A DNA stretch of 64,000 nt. Source: an uncultured delta proteobacterium. GTDB lineage: Bacteria > Myxococcota_A > Polyangia > Fen-1088. The DNA is taken from NCBI GenBank assembly GCA_963767925.1, contig CAVYGB010000001.1, positions 411,866-475,865 on the forward strand, in the 5' to 3' direction. The notes beneath the pieces are model-generated. The model did not search any database. It was not told the origin of the DNA and saw only the letters and a list, made by a program, of their open reading frames with translations. Both the position numbers and the translations under genes were made by a program. Shown here piece by piece: positions 23,673 through 36,850 of the stretch (position 1 is its first letter; every line of letters starts with the position of its first letter).

Positions 23673-26030
23673 ATGGGCACGCACAACCATCTGAACCGCA
23701 CCGTCCTTCCCATCCCTGACCAACCCCCGGTGCAGCCGCCCGTGTACGACGCCCGGGATCCCGAGGCGAGCTACCCGAAGATCGAGCCGCTGCGGCCCCC
23801 GGCGGGCTCGCCCAACGTGCTCGTCATCCTGCTCGATGACGTCGGCTTCGGCGCCTCGAGCGCCTTCGGTGGCCCCTGCCGCACGCCCACCGCCGAGCGG
23901 CTGGCGGCCTCCGGGCTCAAGTACAACCGCTTTCACACCACCGCGCTCTGCTCGCCCACCCGGGCCGCCCTGCTGACCGGGCGCAACCACCACGCGGTGG
24001 GGATGGGCGGGATCACCGAGATCGCCACCTCGGCCCCCGGGTACAACTCCATCCGACCCAACAGCGCGGCCCCCCTGGCCGAGATCCTGCGGCTCAACGG
24101 CTACTCGACCGCCCAGTTCGGCAAGTGCCACGAGGTTCCCGCCTGGGAGGTGAGCCCGGTGGGCCCCTTCGACCGCTGGCCCACCGGGTCCGGCTTCGAG
24201 TACTTCTTCGGGTTCATCGCCGGCGAGACCAACCAGTATCACCCGAGCCTCTTCGAGAACACGGTCTCGGTCGAGCCCGACCGGACCCCCGAACAGGGCT
24301 ATCACCTGATGGTCGATCTGGCCGACCGGGCCAGCACCTGGGTCCGGCAGCAGAAGGCCCTGGCGCCCGACAAACCCTACTTCGTCTATTTCGCGCCGGG
24401 GGCGACCCACGCGCCCCATCACGTGCCGCGGGCCTGGATCGACAAGTACAAGGGCAAGTTCGACCAGGGCTGGGACGTGCTCCGCGAGGAGACCTTCGCC
24501 CGCCAGAAGGCCCTGGGGGTGATCCCCGCGGAGGCCGAGCTGACCCGCCGGCACCAGGAGATCCCGGCCTGGGAGGACGTGCCGGCGGACATGAAGCCCG
24601 TCCTCACCCGCGAGATGGAGGTCTACGCCGCCTTCCTCGAGTTCGCCGACCACCAGGTCGGCCGGCTGATCGACGCCCTCAAGGAGCAGGGCCTGCTCGA
24701 GAACACCCTCATCTACTACATCATCGGGGACAACGGCGCCTCGGGCGAGGGCGGGCTCAATGGCACCTTCAACGAGTCGTTCCTCTTCAACGACGCGGCC
24801 GACCTGGAGACCCCGAGCTTCCTCCGGGAACGGATCGACAAGCTGGGGGGCCCCGAGTGCTACAACCACTACGCGGTTGGCTGGGCCCACGCCATGGACA
24901 CCCCCTACCAGTGGACCAAGCAGGTGGCCTCCCACTGGGGTGGCACCCGCAACGGGACCGTCGTCCACTGGCCGCGCGGGATCAGGAGTCGGGGGGAGCT
25001 GCGCAGCCAGTTTCACCACGTCATCGACCTGGCGCCCACCGTCCTCGAGGCGGCCGGCCTGCCGCAGCCGGTGTTCGTGCACGGCGTGCAGCAGATGCCC
25101 ATGCACGGCGTGAGCATGGCCTACTCGTTCGACGACGGCGCGGCCCCCGAAAGACACCAGACCCAGTACTTCGAGATGTTCGGCAACCGGGGCATCTACC
25201 ACCGGGGCTGGACCGCCGTGACCAAACACCGCACCCCCTGGCTCAACAAGCCGGAGACCGACCTCGACCACGACGTCTGGGAGCTGTACGACACGACCCG
25301 GGACTGGACCCAGGCCCGCGACCTGGCCCACGAGGAGCCCGAGCGGCTGCGAGCGCTGCAGCGGCTGTGGCTGATCGAGGCCGCGCGAAACAACGTCCTG
25401 CCGCTCGACGACCGCTCGGCCGAACGGTTCAACGCCGACCTCGCCGGGCGCCCCCAGCTCGTGCAGGGCCGCTCGCAGACGCTGTTCGGAGGTGTGGGCC
25501 GGCTGACCGAGAACGCCGCCCTCAACGTGAAGAACAAGTCGCACACGGTGACCGCGGAGGTCATCGTCGGCTCCGATCCGGCCGGGGTCATCATCGCCCA
25601 GGGAGGCGCCTTCGGCGGCTGGAGCATGTACCTGCGCGAGGGCCGCCCCGAATACTGTTACAACCTGCTCGGCCTGGAGCGGTACGTGGTATCGGCCGAC
25701 GCGCCCCTGCCGGCGGGCAAACACCAGGTGCGGATGGAGTTCGCCTACGACGGCGGCGGGCTGGGCAAGGGGGGGACGGTGCGCCTCTACGTGGATGGGG
25801 CCCCGGTGGGGGAGGGGAGGGTGGACCGCACCCAGGCCTTCGTCTTCTCCGGGGACGAGACCCTCGACATCGGCCGCGAGGAGGGGACCCGGGTCACCGA
25901 CGGCGCCCTCCAGGGCTCCAGCCACTTTACCGGCACCGTGAGCTGGGTTCAGCTCGATCTGGGGGCGGACGACTTCGACCACTTCGTCACGCCCGAGGAG
26001 CGCCTGCGCATCGCCATGGCCCGCCAGTAG
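23673..26030 (+). CDS. Arylsulfatase (Cys-type, long AtsA-like) with C-terminal lectin-like domain
   Basis: [45 protein letters not shown]. Confidence 0.95.
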   Translation: MGTHNHLNRTVLPIPDQPPVQPPVYDARDPEASYPKIEPLRPPAGSPNVLVILLDDVGFGASSAFGGPCRTPTAERLAASGLKYNRFHTTALCSPTRAALLTGRNHHAVGMGGITEIATSAPGYNSIRPNSAAPLAEILRLNGYSTAQFGKCHEVPAWEVSPVGPFDRWPTGSGFEYFFGFIAGETNQYHPSLFENTVSVEPDRTPEQGYHLMVDLADRASTWVRQQKALAPDKPYFVYFAPGATHAPHHVPRAWIDKYKGKFDQGWDVLREETFARQKALGVIPAEAELTRRHQEIPAWEDVPADMKPVLTREMEVYAAFLEFADHQVGRLIDALKEQGLLENTLIYYIIGDNGASGEGGLNGTFNESFLFNDAADLETPSFLRERIDKLGGPECYNHYAVGWAHAMDTPYQWTKQVASHWGGTRNGTVVHWPRGIRSRGELRSQFHHVIDLAPTVLEAAGLPQPVFVHGVQQMPMHGVSMAYSFDDGAAPERHQTQYFEMFGNRGIYHRGWTAVTKHRTPWLNKPETDLDHDVWELYDTTRDWTQARDLAHEEPERLRALQRLWLIEAARNNVLPLDDRSAERFNADLAGRPQLVQGRSQTLFGGVGRLTENAALNVKNKSHTVTAEVIVGSDPAGVIIAQGGAFGGWSMYLREGRPEYCYNLLGLERYVVSADAPLPAGKHQVRMEFAYDGGGLGKGGTVRLYVDGAPVGEGRVDRTQAFVFSGDETLDIGREEGTRVTDGALQGSSHFTGTVSWVQLDLGADDFDHFVTPEERLRIAMARQ

Positions 26031-26152
26031 GCCTCGCGGGCGCCGGCGGCTGGAACCGGGCCACGTCGGGCGGGCACGGCTTCGAGGGGGGCGGGGCGGC
26101 CGGCCGTTGTCATCGACGGCGGCGCCACGCACGTTGCTCGTGGGAGGTCGCG

Positions 26153-28895
<2,743 letters not shown>

Positions 28896-28915
28896 TCGCC
28901 GCCGAAGGCTGGGCG

Positions 28916-29100
28916 TCAGCGGTAGGTGATGTCGGACGGCACGAACCGGCAGTGCGTGCCGTCCGGGCCGCTGCCCAGCCTGGCGGGCTCGCCGCGGGTG
29001 ACACCGCGGCAGCGGTCGCCCAGGCTGATCTTCTTGCCAGGGTCGCCGACGACCGTGATGCCGGTGAGCCTGGCGGGTCGCCGTGGTTGGCGTTGATGCC
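28916..29100 (-). pseudogene. C-terminal remnant of a PL3-type pectate lyase
   Basis: GINANHGD, frameshift, then [14 protein letters not shown]...[13 protein letters not shown]...SDITYR. Confidence 0.55.
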
Positions 29101-29521
29101 GCTGGATCTTCGACCTCGAACAGGCGTTGCCGGGTTTCACCTAGGTTGAAACACCTATTTGCTTGACACATTTCCCTACATTGGATTGGATGCACGCAAC
29201 TGGTCAGAGCGGCGGCTAGCGAATCGCACCCGTCCGGCAGCCACCACATATCATCCGATCCCGCAATTCCAGGCCTCTCGCCGTTCGAAACCAGGGGCGG
29301 AACGCGCGCAGTCCTCGGGGGCCGCTCGATCCAACCGGAAAGCCTCGCCTTTGCTCTTCGGCCGAAGAGCGAGGGTCGACGCCTATCGGGTGGTTGTTCT
29401 CTGTCCGAGTAACTGGCGGGCGGGGGCGCGGTCAACCCGGACTACCGATCCGTTGCGCGAGATTCACAACGTAACGCTGGGATCAGGAGCGTCGTTGGCA
29501 ACCTGAAAAACTGGAGAATCC

Positions 29522-30004
29522 ATGTACACGAAGAGAACGGCTTTGTCTTTTCTGGTCTGCTGTATTTGGTCGGGAGCCATCAGCAACGTGGCCATGGCCC
29601 AGAAGCAATCGCCTTCGCTCGGGGGCGGAGGGAACGAAGGGATCAGCAACCAGGAAGAGCTGATCAAGAAGTACAAGAATCGCCGGGTCCTGCTCGATCC
29701 CCGTGACTTCGCCCCGACCACGCAGAAGCCGGGTCCCGAGAAGCCGTCGCCCGAGGAGTGCAGGAAGGTGGCCCGGGATTGCGACATCTGCGTGGAGCAG
29801 CTCCTGGTGGGCGCCCATACCTGCGTGGCTGGCCTCTTCTGGGTCGGTCCGCTGATCTCCGTGGGCGGCTGCGCGGTGGGGTTCTTCGCCGCCACCTGGC
29901 GGTTCTGCTCGCGGAACTCCGACTGTGAGCTCGCCGAGAAGTGCCGGGAGGCCGGGATCATTCGCGCCGAGCCCCCCCGGGCGTCGATCCGGGCAAGCGC
30001 CTGA
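29522..30004 (+). CDS. Secreted Cys-rich peptide precursor, bacteriocin-like (putative)
   Basis: RBS ggag; signal peptide ending AMA-Q; polar pro-region; 8 Cys around the hydrophobic core VAGLFWVGPLISVGG. Confidence 0.6.
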   Translation: MYTKRTALSFLVCCIWSGAISNVAMAQKQSPSLGGGGNEGISNQEELIKKYKNRRVLLDPRDFAPTTQKPGPEKPSPEECRKVARDCDICVEQLLVGAHTCVAGLFWVGPLISVGGCAVGFFAATWRFCSRNSDCELAEKCREAGIIRAEPPRASIRASA

Positions 30005-30023
30005 AGTTCGACGGGAAGAACTT

Positions 30024-30074
30024 CTCGGAGGTAGAGGGCCCCAGGCGGCGAGCGCCTTCGGCCCGCTAGCCGAG
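30024..30074 (+). terminator. Long imperfect stem-loop between the peptide gene and the ABC genes
   Basis: Nested pairs ctcgg/ccgag, tag/cta, gggcc/ggccc, aggcg/cgcct; no U-tract. Confidence 0.4.
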
Positions 30075-30103
30075 CGCGCGAGCGTGAGCAGACGGCGGCG
30101 CCG

Positions 30104-30910
30104 ATGGTGAGCCCGACCCCCGTGGTATCCCCAGCACGACCGGACACAGACGGGCGCGTGATCCGTGTGGACGGGCTCACGAAGGCGTTCGGGGCGAAGG
30201 TGGCCCTCGACAATGTGACGCTCGAGATCAACCGGGGCCAGATCTGCGCGCTGCTGGGTCCCAACGGTGCGGGCAAGTCTACCTTGATGAACCTGCTCCT
30301 GGGGCTCGTCGAGCCGAGCGCCGGGCGCTGCACGGTCCTTGGCCACGATCCGGGCTCCGAGGCCCTGGCGATAAAACGACGGACCGGAGTGGTGCCCGAG
30401 GGCTCGGCGCTCTTCGACAGGCTCACGGGGCGGGAACAGCTCGAGTTCTGTGGGCGCATCTACGGTCTGGAGCCGGCCGAGCTCGGGTCGAGGATCGAGA
30501 CGTTGCTGGATCTGACGGAGCTGACGAACGACGCCGACCGGGCCATCCTGGGGTACTCGACCGGGATGCGGAAGAAGATCGCTCTGTGCTGCGCCCTCGT
30601 TCATGGTCCGGAGCTGCTCTTGCTGGACGAGCCGTTCGAGAACCTGGACCCGCAGGCAGCCGCCACCATGCAGGCCGTCGTCAGGAAGATTGCGGTCGGG
30701 GCCGGGGTGACGGTGCTCATCGCCTCCCATGGGCTCCACGCCATCGAGAGCCTGGCCACCGATCTCGCCATCCTGGACAGGGGTCGGCTCGTCCTGTCCG
30801 GCGCTCTGGCGAGCCACCTCGGAGGGACGCGGAGCCTCGAGGACCTCTATCTCGGGATGGTCGGGCGGGATCCGGCGAAGGACACGAACCTCGGCTGGTT
30901 CGGCCGGTGA
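30104..30910 (+). CDS. ABC transporter ATP-binding protein (exporter type)
   Basis: GPNGAGKST, YSTGMRKK, LLLLDEPF, SH motif. Confidence 0.95.
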   Translation: MVSPTPVVSPARPDTDGRVIRVDGLTKAFGAKVALDNVTLEINRGQICALLGPNGAGKSTLMNLLLGLVEPSAGRCTVLGHDPGSEALAIKRRTGVVPEGSALFDRLTGREQLEFCGRIYGLEPAELGSRIETLLDLTELTNDADRAILGYSTGMRKKIALCCALVHGPELLLLDEPFENLDPQAAATMQAVVRKIAVGAGVTVLIASHGLHAIESLATDLAILDRGRLVLSGALASHLGGTRSLEDLYLGMVGRDPAKDTNLGWFGR

Positions 30911-32436
30911 AGGATCTCTTCGTCCTGATCCGCGTCCGGACGGTTTGCGCCTGGCGCCAGAGCCGGCTCGCGCTCGTACCGGGGCTCTTGCTCTACGCCG
31001 CCCTCGCCGCCGGCATGGTCTGGTTCGTGGCGCCGCTGGTCCGGGCGCTCGTACGGGCGAACGGCGCCAGCGCGTTCGTCCTGGTGCTCGGCTCGGTTCA
31101 TCTCCTGTGGCTCCTGGCCAGCCTCGGGCCGGGGCTCTCCCCGCCGGTCCTCGATCTGCGGCCGCTCCGGCACCTTCCCGTGCGTCCAGTTTCTCTCGTC
31201 GTGGCCGATCTGGCGCTCGCCCTGACGGCGCCAACCGGACCACCCCTCCTGCTCGTCGTGGCCATCGCGGTCGCGGGCATGGCCGCCGCGGGGCCCTGGG
31301 TCGTCCTCGCGGCCGCGGTCGCGGCGCTGTTCGTCGTTCTGGTCTCGGCTGCCCTGGGGCAGCTCATCGCCCGGACCTTGCGGCGGCTGTCACCGGGCGC
31401 GGTCCTGGTGGTGTTCGGGGCCTTTGCGGTGATGGTGTTCTTTGTCCTGCGGCGCCTGGGGAGTGGGTTCTGCGCGGCTCCGCTCGACCTGGGTGGGCTG
31501 GCGGCCATGCTCGACGGGGTCGCAGGGCTCGCGATCTACGTTCCGACGTTGAGCTTCCCGGCCCTGCTCGTCGCGGCGACGGCCGAGGGCGATGTCCCGC
31601 GCGCGGCGCTCGCGGTCACGGGCGCCGTGGTGATCTCCGGCCTGGCCATCGCGGCGCTGGCGCGCGCCATCGCCGTGGCCCTGTCCGGCGGTCGACCCTC
31701 TGGCCAGCGGATCCTCGCCCCGCGCCGCCGAGGCGTGGCGGGGTCTTCCGCGGGGGTGCTCCGGACACTGGTGGGCCGGGAGCTCCAGGAGATTCGCCGG
31801 GGCAACACCGTCGTCGCCCTGCCGCTCGTGGTCGTGCCCCTGGGCCTGTTGTGGGGGACGCTCCGCTGGCCGGCGGAGCACGCCCTGGTCTTCAACGCTG
31901 TCTATTCGGCCGCGCCGATGCTGGTGTTCTCGACCAACGCCTTCGGCTTCGACCGCGAGGCGAACCGCCTTCTCTTCCAGCTGCCCATCCCGGCCGGGAG
32001 GCTCCTGCTGGCGAAGAACCTGCTCTGTCTCGCGATCGCGGGCGCCATCTGCCTGGGGGTCTCGCTGGTCGGGGCGCTGAGCGGCAGACTCGGACCGTCG
32101 TCCTTGCTGTGGACCATCGTCGTCTTCGTGTCGGTGAACGGCGGGTTTCTGTGCCTGGGAAACCTCCTGAGCATCTACAACCCCAGGCCGATGGTCGCCG
32201 AGACCGGCGGGATTCCCCGAGCCGTGGCGATCTGGACCGTCGTTCAGCTCGCGGCAGCGGTGGCGCTGAGCGGGGCGTTCCGGGAGCTGCTGCGCATCTC
32301 TCGTGAGGCTCCCGCGATACCCGTCGCCGTTGCCTTTGCCGCCGCCGGCGCCTGGGTCGCTTCCGCGGCCCTGGCCGGCCGGATGATCGACGCTCGCACC
32401 GAGAAGTTCCTCGCCCGCCTCACCGCACGCACCTGA
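30907..32436 (+). CDS. ABC exporter permease, multi-pass membrane protein
   Basis: GTGA overlap with the ATPase; about 12 hydrophobic segments; LRHLPVRP and NAFGFDR...LFQLPIP..RLLLAKNL motifs. Confidence 0.8.
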   Translation: MKDLFVLIRVRTVCAWRQSRLALVPGLLLYAALAAGMVWFVAPLVRALVRANGASAFVLVLGSVHLLWLLASLGPGLSPPVLDLRPLRHLPVRPVSLVVADLALALTAPTGPPLLLVVAIAVAGMAAAGPWVVLAAAVAALFVVLVSAALGQLIARTLRRLSPGAVLVVFGAFAVMVFFVLRRLGSGFCAAPLDLGGLAAMLDGVAGLAIYVPTLSFPALLVAATAEGDVPRAALAVTGAVVISGLAIAALARAIAVALSGGRPSGQRILAPRRRGVAGSSAGVLRTLVGRELQEIRRGNTVVALPLVVVPLGLLWGTLRWPAEHALVFNAVYSAAPMLVFSTNAFGFDREANRLLFQLPIPAGRLLLAKNLLCLAIAGAICLGVSLVGALSGRLGPSSLLWTIVVFVSVNGGFLCLGNLLSIYNPRPMVAETGGIPRAVAIWTVVQLAAAVALSGAFRELLRISREAPAIPVAVAFAAAGAWVASAALAGRMIDARTEKFLARLTART

Positions 32437-32464
32437 AGAAGAGGGTTGTGGCCGGCAGGGGGCG

Positions 32465-32728
32465 ATGGGCATCGTCGCCGACTCCGACATCCTCTACCTC
32501 GACCACGCCACGAAGTTCTTCCGGCTGCTCGGCGGCGACGTCCCCGGCGACATGGTCCCCCGGTCCAGATCGCAGCTCGCGATCATCCCCGGGGGGACCC
32601 ACGTGACGATGATGCTCGAGAAGGCCCCCCTGGTCACCGGCATGATCGTCACCTTCCTCGACGAGAAGCGAGCCCGTCTCGCCCCGCCCCCGGTCAGGGG
32701 GCGGCGGGGCCCACGTCGGCTTCGGTGA
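32465..32728 (+). pseudogene. C-terminal remnant of an alpha/beta hydrolase
   Basis: ADSDI...HA..FFRLLGG.VPGD....SQLAIIPGGTH...FLD; no N-terminal half. Confidence 0.55.
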
Positions 32729-34052
32729 GGGGGCGGCGGGAGGGGTTCTGCGGGGTGAGGGGGGCGCCGGCGCCGGCTTCGAGGCGGGTGGCGCGGTCGG
32801 CGTCGCTGGTTGCGGTGAGGTTGGCCTGGACGCGGGTGCCGGTGCCGCTGTCGACGACGGGCGGGGCGGGGCCCTGGACCAGGTTGTTGGCGATCAGGCA
32901 GTCGAGGGGGGGCAGGTCGCCGCGGCCCCCGACCGTGATCCCGGAGCCGCGCAGGATGGTGTTGTTCACGACCTGGGCCCGGTAGACCCGGTAAAACTCC
33001 CGGCCGTTCGTGTCGGTGTCGGGGTTGCTGCCTCCGCGCAGCAGGATGGCGGGCGAGGCCTGGATGTCCTCGAAGGTGTTGCCCCAGATCTTGTGGTCGG
33101 CGCCCAGGACCCGGATGCCGCGGGCGGAGGGCAAGCCGTCGGCGAGCATGAAGTTGCCGTAGACCTGGGTCCGGTTCCCGTGCCGCAGGGTGATCTCGCC
33201 GTTGGTGGCCCGATAGGTGTTGTAGCGGACGATGGCGTCCGAGCTCTTGACCGAGATGGTCTCCGGGTCGCCCGAGGCGCCCTTGAACAGGTTGAGCTCG
33301 ATGACGTTGAACCCCTTCGAGGGGGCCAGGCCCGAGGAGCCGAGGCGGATGGCCTCCCAGCCGTTGCCGCCGCCGTAGGTGATGTCGTGGAAGAAGTTGC
33401 GATCGATCCGGTTGTGCTGGGCGACCTGCTGGTCTTTGCCAGCCACCATGATCATGTTGCCCACCAGCTTCTTGGGCCCGAGGTCGTTGCGGTCGATCCG
33501 GATGTGGTGGCTGGTGCCGGAGATGGTGATCCAGTCCCGGTCGGCCACCTCCTCCGGTCGGATCTGGCACCGGCTCAGGCGGCAGTGTTCGGAGTCCTTG
33601 ATCTGGATGGCCCCGCTGCTGCTGAACAGCAGCCCCTCGATCACGACGTGCGCGGCGCCGGCCAGCTCGAGGTCGCCGGTCGACACGACGGCCGCGAGCC
33701 GGTTCTGGGCCCGGATCACGATCGGTCGGTCGGCGGTGCCCCGCTGGTTGATCACCGGAAAGCTGTACGCCCCGTCCTGGAGGACCAGGCAGTCGCCCGG
33801 CTGGACCGCGGCGAGGGCCGACGCGAGGGCGCTGGTCCCGCTGACCGGCACGGTCCGGGCGCAGGCCGGCAGCGGCTCGTCCGGGCTGACCGCCTGCATC
33901 GCCGGCGCAGCGACCGGCCCGGACGACGCACCCGGCGCGCCGCCGGGCATCCCGTTGCCGTTCCCCCCGGCCTGGTGGCCACAAGCCAGCGGAATCGATG
34001 CCAGAACACAACACCGGGCAAGCAACCGACGCAGGAACGACTGAGTGGACAT
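32694..34052 (-). CDS. Polysaccharide lyase family 6 (alginate lyase/chondroitinase B-like) lipoprotein
   Basis: Lipobox PLAC; PGDCLVLQDGAY; NGWEAIRLG; ETISVKS; TLRHG. Confidence 0.85.
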   Translation of the reverse strand: MSTQSFLRRLLARCCVLASIPLACGHQAGGNGNGMPGGAPGASSGPVAAPAMQAVSPDEPLPACARTVPVSGTSALASALAAVQPGDCLVLQDGAYSFPVINQRGTADRPIVIRAQNRLAAVVSTGDLELAGAAHVVIEGLLFSSSGAIQIKDSEHCRLSRCQIRPEEVADRDWITISGTSHHIRIDRNDLGPKKLVGNMIMVAGKDQQVAQHNRIDRNFFHDITYGGGNGWEAIRLGSSGLAPSKGFNVIELNLFKGASGDPETISVKSSDAIVRYNTYRATNGEITLRHGNRTQVYGNFMLADGLPSARGIRVLGADHKIWGNTFEDIQASPAILLRGGSNPDTDTNGREFYRVYRAQVVNNTILRGSGITVGGRGDLPPLDCLIANNLVQGPAPPVVDSGTGTRVQANLTATSDADRATRLEAGAGAPLTPQNPSRRPLTEADVGPAAP

Positions 34053-34393
34053 GCCTACTAAGTGTCAGGAGCCCACCCCGACAGAGCAGCTCCCGCGAGC
34101 GCCCCCCGTGCGCCCGCTTCAGACCGCCGCGTCTATCCACGTAACGCGTTGAGCAGGATCTAGTCCGACGGGCGCAACGGTGGGCAGCGCCGGTCATCAC
34201 GGCCACGGCCCTGCTTCCGACGCTGACGCTCGATCCGCAGGGTGGGTTTCTCCATGGCGCCGACCCCCAGCAAGGCGCCGTGTCGGTCATCTCCATCGGA
34301 GGCCAGGGACGGCTGGATGGCGCCTCGTACATCGAGGCGGCGCGCTGAAGCCTCGGCTTGCGGGCGAGAGGTCGCTCTAGCCGGAGGGGTCGA

Positions 34394-34606
34394 TCAGGCG
34401 GTGGGCCTGGTCGACGCCGCGGGCGGCTTGGCCTCCCGCGCGCTGGTGGTGGCGGCGGCGGTTTGCTTGGCGCGGGCGAGGGCGGTGGCCCAGCCGTCCT
34501 CCTCGTCGGGAAGGGGCGGCCGCCGCTGCTCCCGGGCCTGGGCGGCGGCGATGGCGGTGGTCCACTGCTCGTCTTCCGTGGGTTGCGTCTCTGTCTTCGT
34601 CTTCAC
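34394..34606 (-). CDS. Small hypothetical protein with two acidic-W-Ala-rich repeats
   Basis: GTG start after gaggag; EDEQWTTAIAAAQA and EEDGWATALARAK. Confidence 0.5.
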   Translation of the reverse strand: MKTKTETQPTEDEQWTTAIAAAQAREQRRPPLPDEEDGWATALARAKQTAAATTSAREAKPPAASTRPTA

Positions 34607-34672
34607 TTCAGGCTCCTCTCTATTTTCGGCGGTCCGTGCGGGTGTCACGAAAGAACCTGCGCTTCGGTCGGG

Positions 34673-35374
34673 CTACTCGATCGTCGTTGGAACCGGGTAG
34701 AAGCGGAGCTGGACCAGCTTTGCGCCCTGGTTGTCGATCTGCCAGAAGTAGCTCTCGGGGTCGGGGTCGTCCTCGTCTTCGTCGTCGAGGTCGTCCTCGA
34801 CGTCGGCGGGGTCGAAGCGCTCCAGGTCGCCGTCGTCGTCGCGATCGGCGAACAGGAACAGAAGCTCCCGCGTGACGTTCTGGAACCGGCTCATTCCCTT
34901 TTCGCGCACGGCGAGGTACGAGAACACGCTGCAAAACGTCTCCGCGTCGTCCCGCGCGCAGCTCCGGGTCGTCGAGGACCCACCCGGCTTGCCCAGCGGC
35001 CGGGCAAACACCGAATAGGACGCGATGGCGTCGTCGTCCCGGTCGGGGGCGGGCAGGCGCACGGCGCCCCATCCGTCGGTGGCGTCGCCGTCGAGCACGG
35101 CGTAGTCGCCCACCGACAGGACGATCGTCGCCCGGCCCGAAGGCGGGACGAACAGGGTCGCCCCGTCGTCGTCCTCCGGGTCCTTCTCCTCGTCGCCGCC
35201 GGCCCCGCCGATGACGTTCAGCGTGAAGTGGTCGCCGGAGGGCGCGCCGTTGCCGGTCAGGTACGCCGGGTCCCCCTCGTCCTCCTCCCCATCGCCGCCC
35301 GACCCACATCCACCCCCCAGCGCCACCGCCAGACCGCCCGCTAGCACCACCCTGACCAGGAACCGCATCCGCAT
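34673..35374 (-). CDS. Acidic hypothetical lipoprotein
   Basis: Signal ending GGGC; GNGAPSGDHFTLNVIG; DRDDDGDLE; YFWQIDNQGAKLVQLRFYP. Confidence 0.7.
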   Translation of the reverse strand: MRMRFLVRVVLAGGLAVALGGGCGSGGDGEEDEGDPAYLTGNGAPSGDHFTLNVIGGAGGDEEKDPEDDDGATLFVPPSGRATIVLSVGDYAVLDGDATDGWGAVRLPAPDRDDDAIASYSVFARPLGKPGGSSTTRSCARDDAETFCSVFSYLAVREKGMSRFQNVTRELLFLFADRDDDGDLERFDPADVEDDLDDEDEDDPDPESYFWQIDNQGAKLVQLRFYPVPTTIE

Positions 35375-35599
35375 CGCATCCCCCCCGAAAAAGGCGTGGG
35401 CGGCCCGCCGCCGAGCCCCTACGGAATCACCACACCGCGTTCGCCAGTGTGAACGACCCACTCCCCGCCGGCGATACATCCGTCCCGCCGCCATTTCATC
35501 GGAAATCCGGCGCCGCTGGATCCCCAGCGATCTCCCCACCCTGCAGGTTCGTTTCGCCCGGCTCCTCCCGTTGGGGTCGAGGTGCTCAGGCCCGGGGCG

Positions 35600-36725
35600 G
35601 TCGCCTCACTTGCGGCGATGCAGGTCTTGCCCTCGAGATCCACCTTCCAGTAGCGTCACGCCTCCTGCGCGATCAGCTCGAAGGGATTGGGGGTGCGCTC
35701 TCCCTTCTCCGCGTAGTAGACCAGCAGGTAGACGCTGGTGCCGCCTGCGTAGATCGGCCGGGTCGCCGGGCGGCCGCCCACCAGGTCGTTCAGGTTCAGG
35801 TAGTAGCTCGGGTCGAAGGTCTCCTCGCCGTTCTTGACCCGCAGCACGCCTCCCGGCCGAGCGCTGCCGAGGACTTGATGAACCGCCACGCCCTGCGCGC
35901 CGGTGAACAGGTAGAAGTCTCCGGAGTCCGCCTTGACGCTGTAGATCGTGTCGGCGAGACGGTCGTCCTGCAGCAGGCTGATCACCCGATCCTGCTCGGT
36001 GTCGATGACGAGGAGGCCCGCCGCGGGCAGAAGGACCGGCTGGGGGGGCACCGCGTTCAGGTCTCGCCAGCGCGTCGGCACGAAGAGCCGGTTGCCCCGA
36101 TGGAAAGGCGTCTCGCCTTCGCCGCTGGTCTGGGGAACCAGGCCGGGGTGCGCCGCCGACGGCGCTCGGATCACGTCCCCGTAGTCGATGACCTTCCCGG
36201 TCAGCTCCATGGTGGTGGGGTTCCAGACCACGATCTGGTGGTTGGCGTAGTCGAAGAAGTAGGCCTTGTCCGGCCCGAGCAGGTTGCCACCGACGGTGGG
36301 GGCCCAGCCCGCGCTCGTGACGCCGAACGAGGCGAAGCTGATCGTCGCGCCCTTGATCAGCTCCCCCCGCGGGTTGGCCGTGTACCGCGTGATGGTGGGC
36401 GTGGCGCCCTCCGGGATGTAGACCGCGCCAGCGTACGACGAGGGGTGAACCCAGGCCGCCGTCTCCAGCCCGGCCTGGATGGTGGCGTCGGTGGCCGCGC
36501 CGACGCTGTCGACGATGGCGGAATAGGTGAGCTGACGTTGCCCGGCGTCGTGATCGAGAGCGCCGCCAGATACGGTCCCGCGCCCGCCACCGCGCCAGGG
36601 CCAGCGGGCTCCGGGTCGCTGCTGGCAGGGGCGCCGTCGGAACCACAGGAGACCAGAACAAAGGCCCCGCCCAGCGACAGGACCGCTCCGAGGCAGCGCC
36701 AGGCTCTATTGAAAGTGACTTTCAT
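35600..36725 (-). pseudogene. MxcI-like iron-uptake-associated lipoprotein, inactivated
   Basis: Lipobox LVSC; frameshift near 36540; TITRY...ISFASFG...KAYF...IVVWNPTTMELTG; in-frame TGA at 35656 followed by RYWKVDL. Confidence 0.6.
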
Positions 36726-36763
36726 ATTTGCTTCGTATAACGGCTCGGTCGATCCCCTGTCAA
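36710..36763 (-). promoter_or_regulatory. Sigma70-like promoter with a Fur-like 7-1-7 box
   Basis: Minus strand TTGACA-18 nt-TATACG; perfect inverted repeat TGAAAGT-G-ACTTTCA (36710-36724). Confidence 0.6.
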
Positions 36764-36850
36764 ACCCGTAGCTACCGCCCGGGTCGTTTGTCCCCGCCCG
36801 GCGACCTGGAATTCAGCCGCGGACCGGGGGCCACACGCCGGAGAACAAAG

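Noticed and set aside
35654..35660. TGA recoding (Trp or Sec) in the MxcI-like gene
   Set aside because: TGA is a normal stop throughout the window and the gene also has a frameshift; a nonsense mutation is simpler.
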